This document shows positions 9,967-19,045 of a DNA stretch of 64,000 bases, piece by piece. The stretch is from an uncultured Fibrobacteria bacterium. GTDB taxonomy: Bacteria; Fibrobacterota; Fibrobacteria; UBA11236. Each line of letters starts with the position of its first letter. The stretch's first letter is position 1. Where the stretch lies: the NCBI GenBank assembly GCA_963716395.1, contig OY970309.1, positions 1,216,001-1,280,000 of the forward strand, written 5' to 3'. Below the pieces are notes generated by a model, which did not search any database, was not told the origin of the DNA, and saw only the letters and a program-made list of their open reading frames with translations. The translations under genes were made by a program, and so were the position numbers.

Positions 9967-11001
9967 ATGAGCGACGCCATTTTAAGCACGATTCCCTTGG
10001 GTTTCGTGTGGCAGACGCCGGACCCGTTTTTGTTTTGCGTGCATCACCGCGACGACTATCCCCCCGGCAACGAAAACCTGGGCCCGGCGGCGCCCCTGAC
10101 CGACCGCAACCTCGGGAATGATTTCGAGGGCCAGGACGGCTGGCGCATGTACCACGGCCAAGCCGTGCCGGGGTTTCCGCAGCATCCGCATCGCGGCTTT
10201 GAAACGGTAACCTTGGTGCGGCGCGGCTTCATCGACCATTCCGATTCGCTGGGAGCCGTCGCCCGCTTCGGCCGGGGCGACGCGCAATGGCTCACGGCCG
10301 GCCGCGGCATCGTGCATTCTGAAATGTTTCCCCTGCTCGATTCCCAAAAGTCCAATCCGCTCGAACTGTTCCAGATTTGGCTCAACCTTCCGGCCGCTGC
10401 GAAAATGGCCGATCCCTACTTCACCATGCTCTGGAACCGAGACATTCCCAAGCTGGCGGCGCCCGATGCCGACGGGCGTATTACCGAGGTTACCGTGGTG
10501 GCCGGGCGCTATCGCGCGGCCCAAGCCCCGCCGCCCCCGCCGCATTCCTGGGCGGCGCGGGCCGACGCCGACGTGGCCATTTGGGGCCTGCGGATGGAAC
10601 CCGGCGCGCAATGGACCTTGCCGGCCGCCGCGCCGGGAAGCAACCGCACCCTGTATTTTTTCCAAGGCGGTTCGCTAAGCATTGCCAGCCTCGATCTCAA
10701 GGCGGGCACGGGAATTGTGCTGCGGCCCGAATCCGAAGCCCGCTTGGAAAACGGAGGCGCGGCCTCCGAACTCCTGCTCCTGCAGGGGCGGCCCATCGGC
10801 GAACCCGTGGCCCAATACGGTCCTTTCGTGATGAACTCGCGCGCCGAAATCGAGCAGGCCTTTCGCGATTACCAGCGCACCCGCTTCGGCGGCTGGCCCT
10901 GGCCCAGCGACGAACCCGTGCATGCGCGGGGAGAAGGCCGCTTCGCGCGCCATGCCGACGGCCGGCTGGAACGAAAAGACAATCCGTCCTTCGACGTATG
11001 A
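9967..11001 (+). CDS. Pirin family protein
   Basis: Motifs GFPQHPHRGFETVT, AGRGIVHSE, FQIWLNLP and GPFVMN. Confidence 0.93.
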   Translation: MSDAILSTIPLGFVWQTPDPFLFCVHHRDDYPPGNENLGPAAPLTDRNLGNDFEGQDGWRMYHGQAVPGFPQHPHRGFETVTLVRRGFIDHSDSLGAVARFGRGDAQWLTAGRGIVHSEMFPLLDSQKSNPLELFQIWLNLPAAAKMADPYFTMLWNRDIPKLAAPDADGRITEVTVVAGRYRAAQAPPPPPHSWAARADADVAIWGLRMEPGAQWTLPAAAPGSNRTLYFFQGGSLSIASLDLKAGTGIVLRPESEARLENGGAASELLLLQGRPIGEPVAQYGPFVMNSRAEIEQAFRDYQRTRFGGWPWPSDEPVHARGEGRFARHADGRLERKDNPSFDV

Positions 11002-11276
11002 CGTGTTCCGAGAATTCCGGCAAGACGTCGCCGGTGGTGGATCATGGCCGTTGCGAAGGCAAAAGCGAATGCGTGGCGGTTTGTCCTTACGGCGTCTTTG
11101 CCGTGCGCCGTATCGAAGATCGGGATTTCGCCGCGCTGGGTCTGTTCTCGAAGCTGAAGGTTCTGGCCCATGGAAAAAAATCGGCCTACACTCCGCATGC
11201 CGACCTGTGCCATGCCTGTGGACTGTGCGTGGCCGCCTGCCCGGAAAAAGCCATTCGCTTGACGCCGGTTTTATAG
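10998..11276 (+). CDS. 4Fe-4S dicluster ferredoxin
   Basis: Motifs CEGKSECVAVCP and CHACGLCVAACP; ATG 10998 overlaps the pirin stop. Confidence 0.85.
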   Translation: MTCSENSGKTSPVVDHGRCEGKSECVAVCPYGVFAVRRIEDRDFAALGLFSKLKVLAHGKKSAYTPHADLCHACGLCVAACPEKAIRLTPVL

Positions 11277-11288
11277 CTTGTTCGTTTC

Positions 11289-12455
11289 ATGCGTTTTTCC
11301 AGAATTCTGGTCGTTCTGACCATTTTGTCGGGCCTTTCCTTGCTGGTTCACCGCTATCTGTGGCTGCGCCTGGTACGCGATGCGGCGTGGCCGAAGCCGT
11401 GGGGCGTCATCCTCACCGTGCTCTTGTTCACCTTAGCGGCCCTGATTCCCCTGGTATTCATCACCATGCGATCCGCACCGCGATCCTGGGGCGGCCCGCT
11501 GGCATGGGTGGGATATACCTGGATGGGTTTCATGTTCTACCTGTTGGTGTTCAGCGCCCTCGGCGACGCGGGCCTGGGCACGGTTTCGGCGTTCGGCTTG
11601 ATGCCGGCTGATCCGGCCCAGCGCCGATTCGTGGCGCGCGCCCTGGCTCTCGGCATCGGCGTTCTTTCCGGAGGCGTGGGGTTGACCGGACTTTGGAACG
11701 TCACACGCGGGTTCCGCGTGCGCCGAGTCCGCGTGCCCCTGGCGAAATGGCCGCAGGCCGCCTCGGGTTATGTCATCGCCCAAATCTCCGACGTGCATGT
11801 GGGACCCACCCTCGGCCGCGGATTCGTAGAGGACGTCGTGCGCGAAACCAACGCCCTGAATCCGGATCTCATCGCCATCACCGGCGATCTCGTCGACGGA
11901 ACCGTGGAGCAATTGCGCGATCAGGTAGAGCCTTTGCGCGGTTTGAAGGCCCGTGACGGCGTGTACTTCGTGACCGGCAACCACGAATATTATTCCGGGG
12001 CCGACGACTGGGTGGCCTATCTGCAAACCTTGGGCATCCGCGTCTTGCGGAACGAACACGTTCAGATCCGCGACGTGTTCGAGCTGGCGGGCGTCGACGA
12101 TTATAGTGCGGCCCGCATGCTGCCCCATCACGGCCAAGACGTGGCCAAAGCCCTGTCCGGCCGCAATCCCGACCACGCGCTGGTGCTGCTGGCGCACCAG
12201 CCCAAATCCTTCAAAGAGGCTGGGCCGGCCGGAGTCGATTTACAATTGTCGGGACACGTGCATGGGGGGCAGATGGTGCCGTTCAATTGGGTGACCTATT
12301 TCGAGCAGCCCTTTGTCGCCGGGCTTTACCGCGAAAACCAATCCTGGATTTACGTGAGCGAAGGCACCGGGTATTGGGGTCCGCCCATGCGCGTGGGAAC
12401 GCGATCCGAAATCACACGCCTCGAATTGGTTCGCGCCCGTGAGGCCGAGGCATGA
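11289..12455 (+). CDS. Membrane-anchored metallophosphoesterase (YkuE-like)
   Basis: Motifs SDVH, GDLVD, GNHE, LAHQP and SGHVHGGQ; N-terminal TM helices. Confidence 0.9.
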   Translation: MRFSRILVVLTILSGLSLLVHRYLWLRLVRDAAWPKPWGVILTVLLFTLAALIPLVFITMRSAPRSWGGPLAWVGYTWMGFMFYLLVFSALGDAGLGTVSAFGLMPADPAQRRFVARALALGIGVLSGGVGLTGLWNVTRGFRVRRVRVPLAKWPQAASGYVIAQISDVHVGPTLGRGFVEDVVRETNALNPDLIAITGDLVDGTVEQLRDQVEPLRGLKARDGVYFVTGNHEYYSGADDWVAYLQTLGIRVLRNEHVQIRDVFELAGVDDYSAARMLPHHGQDVAKALSGRNPDHALVLLAHQPKSFKEAGPAGVDLQLSGHVHGGQMVPFNWVTYFEQPFVAGLYRENQSWIYVSEGTGYWGPPMRVGTRSEITRLELVRAREAEA

Positions 12456-13237
12456 GCCCCGAGGCGGGTAACCGCATGCCGGCGCTGTTCATCGAGCACG
12501 GTAGTCCGCTGGTTCTCGAAGACCGGGCCTGGCAGGCCGATCTGCACCGGGTCGCGACGGAGTTACCCCGGCCGCGAGCCATCCTCATCTTTTCCGCGCA
12601 TTGGGAAGAATCGGGTTTTTATCTCGGAGCCACCCGACCCGTTCCCTTGGAATACGACTATTTCGGCTTTCCCGATCATTATTACCGCGTCAGCTATGCA
12701 CCTCCGGGCGCACCGGATCTGGGCGATCGCGTCGCCGGATTGACCCAGGCCTTGGGGCCTTTGCAGCGCACCGACCGTGGTTTGGACCACGGCGCGTTCA
12801 TTCCGCTTATGGCCATGTATCCGTCGGCCGACATTCCCGTCTTGCAAATGGCCATACCTTCGGAAGATCCGCAGGCACTGTTGGCGTTGGGCCGGGCCTT
12901 GGCGCCTTTACGCGACGAAGGGGTTTTGCTGCTCGGCGGCGGCTATTTGATCCATAACCTTCGGCTCATCCGACCCGGTCCCGACGCGCCGACGCCGGAA
13001 TGGGCGCTGGCCTTTGATGCCTGGGTCGCCGACGCATTGGCGCGCAAAGACATCGCTGCTCTGACGCGTTATCGTTCCGAGGCCCCGCATGTCAGACTGG
13101 CGCTACCCACGGTCGAACATTTTCTGCCGCTATTCATTCCCTTGGGGGCTTCCACCGACCCCGCAGAAAAGGTTTCGTTTCCCCTGACCGGATTCACCTT
13201 CGGCTGCATGACGCGCCGCAGCGTGCGCTGGGGCTGA
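12452..13237 (+). CDS. DODA/YgiD-type extradiol dioxygenase (LigB family)
   Basis: Motifs HGSP, SAHW, GLDHG and PTVEHFLPL. Confidence 0.9.
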   Translation: MSPEAGNRMPALFIEHGSPLVLEDRAWQADLHRVATELPRPRAILIFSAHWEESGFYLGATRPVPLEYDYFGFPDHYYRVSYAPPGAPDLGDRVAGLTQALGPLQRTDRGLDHGAFIPLMAMYPSADIPVLQMAIPSEDPQALLALGRALAPLRDEGVLLLGGGYLIHNLRLIRPGPDAPTPEWALAFDAWVADALARKDIAALTRYRSEAPHVRLALPTVEHFLPLFIPLGASTDPAEKVSFPLTGFTFGCMTRRSVRWG

Positions 13238-13361
13238 ACGCCTTCGCGTTCGATCCGAAACCTGTAGCGGATTGGCCGCGCGTCGCGCGAAACGGCGTCT
13301 GTGAATCTGATCACACTCCTGAATGATCCGGAAAATTATATCCGGTGCAAAAGGAGGCGTT

Positions 13362-13877
13362 GTGGCGAACTTGATCCCTTCCGGACAAATCGAATCCCGC
13401 ATCTTGTTGCTCCGCGGGCAGAAAGTTCTGCTCGATCGCGATCTGGCGAATCTTTACGGCGTGCCGACCAAGGTTTTGAATCAAGCGGTCAAGCGCAATC
13501 TCAAACGTTTCCCCAGTGATTTCATGTTCCAACTGAACCCCACCGAAGCCAAAGTTTTGCGGTCACAAATTGTGACCGCAAACGAAGCGCGTGGCGGCCT
13601 CCGTACCCGGCCTTACGCCTTCACCGAACACGGCGTGGCCATGCTGGCCAGCGTTTTGCACAGCGAGCGCGCGATCGCGGTCAATATCGCCATCGTGCGC
13701 GCCTTTGTGCGGCTGCGTGAATTCCTGGCGACGCACCAGGATTTGGCCCGGCGGATGGCGAAGCTTGAAAAAAGCTATGACGCGCAATTCCATGCGGTAT
13801 TCGCCGCCATGCATCGACTCATGGGAGTCGCCAAGAAAAAGTCGCGACGGAAATTGAGGTGTGTCCAAGAAAATTGA
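13362..13877 (+). CDS. ORF6N-domain DNA-binding protein
   Basis: Motifs RGQKVLLDRDLANLYGV, QAVKRN..RFP.DFMFQL and PYAFTEHGVAML; SD AGGAGG before GTG 13362. Confidence 0.9.
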   Translation: MANLIPSGQIESRILLLRGQKVLLDRDLANLYGVPTKVLNQAVKRNLKRFPSDFMFQLNPTEAKVLRSQIVTANEARGGLRTRPYAFTEHGVAMLASVLHSERAIAVNIAIVRAFVRLREFLATHQDLARRMAKLEKSYDAQFHAVFAAMHRLMGVAKKKSRRKLRCVQEN

Positions 13878-13945
13878 AAAACCCGTCGCCTCCTCGGGTC
13901 ACCGCACGCCGCGCCCCGTGAAACTCTTTTTATAATGCAGTCGCC

Positions 13946-14737
13946 ATGGAAGACGTGCTTTCCCGCATTCTGGCGCGCAAAGCGGAGCGGCTGGCCGCGC
14001 GCAAACGCGCCGTACCGCTGGAAGAGATCGAACGCCGGGCCGGCAACCTTCCGCCGCCGCGCCTGGATTTGCTGGCCGCGCTCCAAAGCCCCGCGCCGCA
14101 GGGCCTGCACGTCATCGCCGAAGTCAAGAAAGCTTCGCCGTCGCGGGGCGTGATTCGCGCCGACTTCGATGCGCCGGCCATCGCCGCCGCCTATGCGCGG
14201 GGCGGCGCTTCGGCGCTGTCGGTGCTCACCGAAGAGGATTTCTTTCAGGGTTCGGACGAATTCCTACGTACTATATCCGCTACGGTAGCCTTGCCGGTAC
14301 TGCGCAAGGATTTTCTCACCGAAGCCTACCAGGTGTTCGAAACCAAACTGCTGGGTGCGGCCGCCTACCTCCTCATCGTCGCCTGTCTCTCCGATGCCGA
14401 GTTGCGCGAACTCATCGACGTGGGCCGCGCGTTGCGCCTCACCCCGCTGGTCGAAGTACACGACGCGGCCGAAACCGCGCGCGCCGTGGCCGCGGGCGCG
14501 CCGCTGCTCGGCATCAACAACCGCGACTTGCGCACGTTTCGCACCGATCTCGACACCACGGCGCGGCTGCGAAAATTGATTCCGCCGGAAATTCCCGTGG
14601 TTTCCGAATCCGGCATTTTTACCCGCGCCGATGTGCTGCGCCTGCGCGAGGAGGGCGCGCAGGCCGTGCTGGTGGGCGAAAGCTTGATGCGTGCGCCCGA
14701 CCTTGAAGCCAAGCTGCGCGAATTGTTGGGTTCATGA
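13946..14737 (+). CDS. trpC: Indole-3-glycerol-phosphate synthase
   Basis: Motifs IAEVKKASPSRG, SVLTE, LRKDF, GINNRDL and SESGI. Confidence 0.97.
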   Translation: MEDVLSRILARKAERLAARKRAVPLEEIERRAGNLPPPRLDLLAALQSPAPQGLHVIAEVKKASPSRGVIRADFDAPAIAAAYARGGASALSVLTEEDFFQGSDEFLRTISATVALPVLRKDFLTEAYQVFETKLLGAAAYLLIVACLSDAELRELIDVGRALRLTPLVEVHDAAETARAVAAGAPLLGINNRDLRTFRTDLDTTARLRKLIPPEIPVVSESGIFTRADVLRLREEGAQAVLVGESLMRAPDLEAKLRELLGS

Positions 14738-15243
14738 ACGCGCCGGAACCTCCGCAAAGCCCGCTGCATCTTCTGTTCGTGTGCATGGGGAACATCTGCC
14801 GTTCGCCCTTGGCCGAGGGCATTTTCGCCCACCTGGCGCATGGCCGCGGCCGTGCGGATTTCTACCGCCTCGATTCGGCCGGCATCGGCGATTGGCATGT
14901 GGGTCAACCGGCCGACCCGCGTTCGTGCGCGGTGGCCGAAAAGCACGGCATCACCTTGACCAGCCGCGCCCGCCAAATCCAAGCGCCCGAAGACTTTGAA
15001 AAGTTTGCTTGGCTGTTCGCCATGGATCGGGAAAACCTGCGCGATCTGCAATCGCTTTCGTCGCCGCGCCATTTCGGAAAAATCCGGTTGATCCGAGGCT
15101 TTGATCCCGAAGGCGGCGCCGAGGCCGAAGTGCCCGACCCCTATTACGGCGGACCGCGGGGGTTCGATCAGGTATACGCCATGCTGGAGCGCTCGTGCCG
15201 GGGCCTGTTGGAAAGGTTGGAAGGCGGTGGCGGGCTCGCGTGA
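14734..15243 (+). CDS. Low-molecular-weight protein-tyrosine phosphatase
   Basis: Motifs VCMGNICRS and VPDPYYG. Confidence 0.93.
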   Translation: MNAPEPPQSPLHLLFVCMGNICRSPLAEGIFAHLAHGRGRADFYRLDSAGIGDWHVGQPADPRSCAVAEKHGITLTSRARQIQAPEDFEKFAWLFAMDRENLRDLQSLSSPRHFGKIRLIRGFDPEGGAEAEVPDPYYGGPRGFDQVYAMLERSCRGLLERLEGGGGLA

Positions 15244-15244
15244 T

Positions 15245-16102
15245 ATGCCGGAATGGCTGGCCGCGGCCTTGCGGGCCTGCGGCCTGCGTCCGCCTTATCG
15301 CCAGGCGCGGATTCTTTCCGGAGGTTGCATCAGCCGAATGGTCGCGGTCGAAACCGGCGACGGATCGGTTTGCGTCAAGACCGGCGGCGGCGAAGCGCCG
15401 GATTTTTTTCTGCGGGAGCGCGAAGGCTTGGAAGCCCTGGCCCGCGCCGGATCTTCGCTGCGCTTTCCCCGAGTGTTCGGCCATTGCGACGCCGCGCAAG
15501 GCCCGTCGTGGCTGGCGCTGGAATACCTGGCGCCCGGTCCGCCGGATTGGGAGGCGCTGGGACGGGGGCTGGCCGAGTTGCACCGTTTTTGTGAAAATCG
15601 TTACGGCTTCTACACCGATAATTATCTGGGCGCCACGCCGCAGGAAAACGGTTGGAGCACCGAGTGGGGCGAATTTTTCGCGACCCGCCGCATCGCCGCC
15701 CTGGTGCGGCGCTTAGATCGGGCCGGTGCGCTGACGTGGCCGGAACAAGACACGTTCACGCGCCTGCTCGATAAAATTCCACACCTGGTGGGACATCGCC
15801 CCGCGGCATCCCTCATCCATGGCGATTTGTGGAACGGCAACCATTTGCCGTCGCTTTTCGGCCCGACGCTCATCGACCCGGCCGTGTCTTTCAGCGACCG
15901 CGAAGCCGATTGGGCCATGCTGCGCCTCTTCGGCGGGTTTCCCGACACCGTGTTCGAGGCCTACCAGGAAACCTGGCCGTTACCTTCGGACTGGAAGGAT
16001 CGGCTGGCGCTGTACCAGTTGTACCATTTGCTCAACCACCAATTGTTGTTCGGCGGCGGTTACGGCGCGCAGGCCCTGGCCTCGGCCCGGCGGTACCTTT
16101 GA
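15245..16102 (+). CDS. Fructosamine kinase family protein
   Basis: Motifs LIHGDLWNGN, IDPA...DREAD, LFGGF and YQLYHLLNH. Confidence 0.9.
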   Translation: MPEWLAAALRACGLRPPYRQARILSGGCISRMVAVETGDGSVCVKTGGGEAPDFFLREREGLEALARAGSSLRFPRVFGHCDAAQGPSWLALEYLAPGPPDWEALGRGLAELHRFCENRYGFYTDNYLGATPQENGWSTEWGEFFATRRIAALVRRLDRAGALTWPEQDTFTRLLDKIPHLVGHRPAASLIHGDLWNGNHLPSLFGPTLIDPAVSFSDREADWAMLRLFGGFPDTVFEAYQETWPLPSDWKDRLALYQLYHLLNHQLLFGGGYGAQALASARRYL

Positions 16103-16106
16103 ACCG

Positions 16107-19025
16107 CTAATCCCGCGTTTTGCCCAACAAAATCAGGCGCACCGCGTCGAGCCGCAATTCGGCCGCCGCGATGTGGCGCAACACCTCGGCCGCATATTCT
16201 TCCGCGGCCCGCACCTGCGCTTCGGAGACGCCCGGATTCAGCGGCTGCAAAGCGCGCAGACGTTCGCTCTCGCCTCCCAAAATTTTTTCCGCTTCGTGAT
16301 GCGCGGCCTTTTTCACCGTGGCTTCACGAATCGCGGCCAGGGCCTGCGCGGCTTCAAGCCATTTGGGAATGAGGCGGGCGAAAGACTCGTGATGTTCTTC
16401 CAGCATGCCGGTGGGCGCCATTTCCAAATCCGCCGCGTCGAGGGCCTTCTGGAAGTGGTTCAGGCTTTCGCCTTTTTCGTCGACCAGCACGCGGAGGGGC
16501 GTAGGCGGCAAAAAGCGATCGAGGTGCAACGCTCCGGGAGCTGTAGCCGCCAACACAAACACCGCCTCCAGCGCCATGCCCTGAGCGGGAGCGGCGGGCC
16601 AGGCCGCGAAGCCCGCGGTTCCCTCCTGGCCTTCGAGCAGCAAATCCACCGTGCCGCGCACCAGCGGATGATCAAGGGTCATAAACGCCAAATCTTCTCG
16701 CGCCAGGGCCTCGTCGCGATCATAGGTGAGGCCGAGTCCGCTTTCGGGCACTTCGGGAAAAGCGTCAAGCAGCATGCGTTCACCCGGTAGCACGAAAGCA
16801 CCGCGTTGCGCGGTGGTGGCTTCGACGTCGAGGCCGAAATGATCGAACACTTCCTCGAGATACTCCTGCAAATCGGGATCGTCATCCTGCGCCTGGATCT
16901 CGGCAATCAATCCGGCCGCCAGTTCGGTTTTGTTGCTGTTGAGTTCCAGCAGGCGATCACGGCCCTGCTCCAAGGCTGCGCGCACGCGGGCGGCTTCGGC
17001 TTTTGTGGCGCGGATCAAATCGGCGACTTCGGCGGTGCCGGTAACCAAGGCCCGCCGGCAGGCGTCGAGCACCGAGCCGATCAGGGTTTCGTGAAAGGTG
17101 TCGGCGCCGAGCACCGTGTCGCGCAAGGCGTTCAAACCTTCATGATACCAGCGGAACACGACTGCTTGCGGCGTGCCGCGCAGATAGGGGATATGCAGGT
17201 GGATATCGCTGTGCTGTCCGATGCGATCCAGCCGGCCGATGCGTTGTTCCAGCACGGCGGGGTCGAGGGGAAGATCGAACAGAATGAGGTGATGGGCGAA
17301 TTGGAAGTTGCGGCCTTCGCTGCCGATTTCGGAGCACAGCAGCAATTGCGCGCCGTCGGGCTCGGAAAAGTAGGCCGCGTTCCGGTCACGCGTGGCCATG
17401 GCCAGGTTCTCGTGAAACGAGGCGAAGGTCGCGGTGGTGAGCGTGGGCAGAATTTCCTGCAAGGCGAACACCACGGCCTTGTGGGCGCAGATCAGCAGAA
17501 TTTTCTCGGAGGGATGTTGCCGTAGAAAGTCCACCAGCCAGGCCAGCCTGGGGTCTTGGGCCCAGGCCGCGCGCCACATCTCGCCGGAGTCACCGGGAAG
17601 ATTCCGTAACTCTGCCGCGACGGCCGGGGCGCCGCCCAGATAGCGCGCCAATTCGGCTTCATCGGCAAAGGCTTTTTCGGGCTCGGGGAACAAGGCTCGC
17701 GCCAGCGCAGCCCCGGCAGGGTTTTGATCCAGCGGCGCCGGCTGCACCACTCTGCGGGGGAAGCCGCCCAGGGCCTGGCGGCGATTGCGGAACATGAGGC
17801 GTCCGGTGCCGTGGCGATCCACCAGGTCTTCAATGAGACGCTCCCGCGCGCCGGGTTTGTCGGCGGCCGTCTCTGCGAGGCGTGCGTGCAGGGCGGAGTC
17901 GTCGGGGAACGCGCGCCGCAAGGCGTCGAGCACCTGCGGTTCCGGATGTTCTGCGGCCAGCAAAGCGTCGGCCCATTGCGCCAGTTCTTGGTAGCGCCGC
18001 GTCTCTGCGAGATAGGCGGGCAGCGAGGTGAAGCGATCCGGATCCAACAGGCGCAGACGCCCGAAATGCCCGGCCTGTCCCAACTGGATGGGCGTGGCCG
18101 TGAGCAACAGCACCCCGCCGGCCGCGGCGGTCAGGCTTTCCACGGCGCGGTAGGCGGGAGAGGAAGATTCCGGCGACCAGGATAAATGGTGGGCTTCGTC
18201 CACGATGAGCAGATCCACGCCCGCGGCCCGAGCCTGCTCCACGCGGCGCGGTCCGCTGCGATCGGCGGCCAGAAAATCAGCGGCGCAGAGAATGGTCTGC
18301 CGCAGCGCAAAGGGATTGATCGACGCGTCGCCTTTTTCTTCGGCGCGGCACAGGTCTTCGTCGAGCACGGTGAACATGTGGTTGAAGCGGCGGTACAGTT
18401 CGACCATCCATTGATGCACGAGTTGCGATGGCGTGACGATGAGCACGCGCTGGATTTGGCCGGTTACGTACAGACGGTGAAAGACCAGCCCGGCCTCGAT
18501 GGTTTTGCCCAGGCCCACCTCGTCGGCCAAGAGCACGCGGGGATGGCGGCGGCTCGCGATTTCGTAGGCGATGCCCAATTGATGCGGCAGCAGTTGCATG
18601 CGCGCGCCCGCCAGGCCGCGCACGCGCCGGCCCAGCAGGGCGCGCCGGAACTCCAAGGTGCGCAGGCGCAGCGCAAAGGCCCGGGGCTTGTCGACCTTGG
18701 CGGCCAGCAGGCGTTTGTCGGGATCGGAAAACGTCATGTGATCGAGCAGTTCGCGCTCGTCCAGGACTTCGGTCACCCCGCGATAAACCAGCAAGCCGTC
18801 TTGTTCTTCGACGCGGCGCACGACGAACACCCGGCCGTCGCGGCTGCGCGCGCGATCACCCGGCTGCAGGCGCACGCGCCGCAACGGCGCATTGCGCCGC
18901 ATGTAGACGCGCGTTTCGCCCGCGGCCTCAAAGCGGATTGTGACGTCGCGGAAGCCCGCGGCCAGCACGGTGCCCAAGCCGAGTTCGGGTTCGCTTTCAC
19001 TCACCCAGCGCTGGCCGGGAACCAT
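16107..19025 (-). CDS. rapA: RNA polymerase-associated SNF2 ATPase RapA
   Basis: Motifs GQRWVSESEPELGLG, LLADEVGLGKT, DEAHH, SEIGSEGRNFQF and EQRIGRLDRIGQ. Confidence 0.93.
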   Translation of the reverse strand: MVPGQRWVSESEPELGLGTVLAAGFRDVTIRFEAAGETRVYMRRNAPLRRVRLQPGDRARSRDGRVFVVRRVEEQDGLLVYRGVTEVLDERELLDHMTFSDPDKRLLAAKVDKPRAFALRLRTLEFRRALLGRRVRGLAGARMQLLPHQLGIAYEIASRRHPRVLLADEVGLGKTIEAGLVFHRLYVTGQIQRVLIVTPSQLVHQWMVELYRRFNHMFTVLDEDLCRAEEKGDASINPFALRQTILCAADFLAADRSGPRRVEQARAAGVDLLIVDEAHHLSWSPESSSPAYRAVESLTAAAGGVLLLTATPIQLGQAGHFGRLRLLDPDRFTSLPAYLAETRRYQELAQWADALLAAEHPEPQVLDALRRAFPDDSALHARLAETAADKPGARERLIEDLVDRHGTGRLMFRNRRQALGGFPRRVVQPAPLDQNPAGAALARALFPEPEKAFADEAELARYLGGAPAVAAELRNLPGDSGEMWRAAWAQDPRLAWLVDFLRQHPSEKILLICAHKAVVFALQEILPTLTTATFASFHENLAMATRDRNAAYFSEPDGAQLLLCSEIGSEGRNFQFAHHLILFDLPLDPAVLEQRIGRLDRIGQHSDIHLHIPYLRGTPQAVVFRWYHEGLNALRDTVLGADTFHETLIGSVLDACRRALVTGTAEVADLIRATKAEAARVRAALEQGRDRLLELNSNKTELAAGLIAEIQAQDDDPDLQEYLEEVFDHFGLDVEATTAQRGAFVLPGERMLLDAFPEVPESGLGLTYDRDEALAREDLAFMTLDHPLVRGTVDLLLEGQEGTAGFAAWPAAPAQGMALEAVFVLAATAPGALHLDRFLPPTPLRVLVDEKGESLNHFQKALDAADLEMAPTGMLEEHHESFARLIPKWLEAAQALAAIREATVKKAAHHEAEKILGGESERLRALQPLNPGVSEAQVRAAEEYAAEVLRHIAAAELRLDAVRLILLGKTRD

Positions 19026-19045
19026 GGCTTCGGAAGCGGTCACGC

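Noticed and set aside
13238-13300. Imperfect hairpin after the dioxygenase gene
   Set aside because: Short GC-rich arms, a single copy and no U-tract; compatible with chance or a weak terminator.
13362-13877. ORF6N gene as a sign of a prophage
   Set aside because: It stands alone, with no other phage genes nearby.
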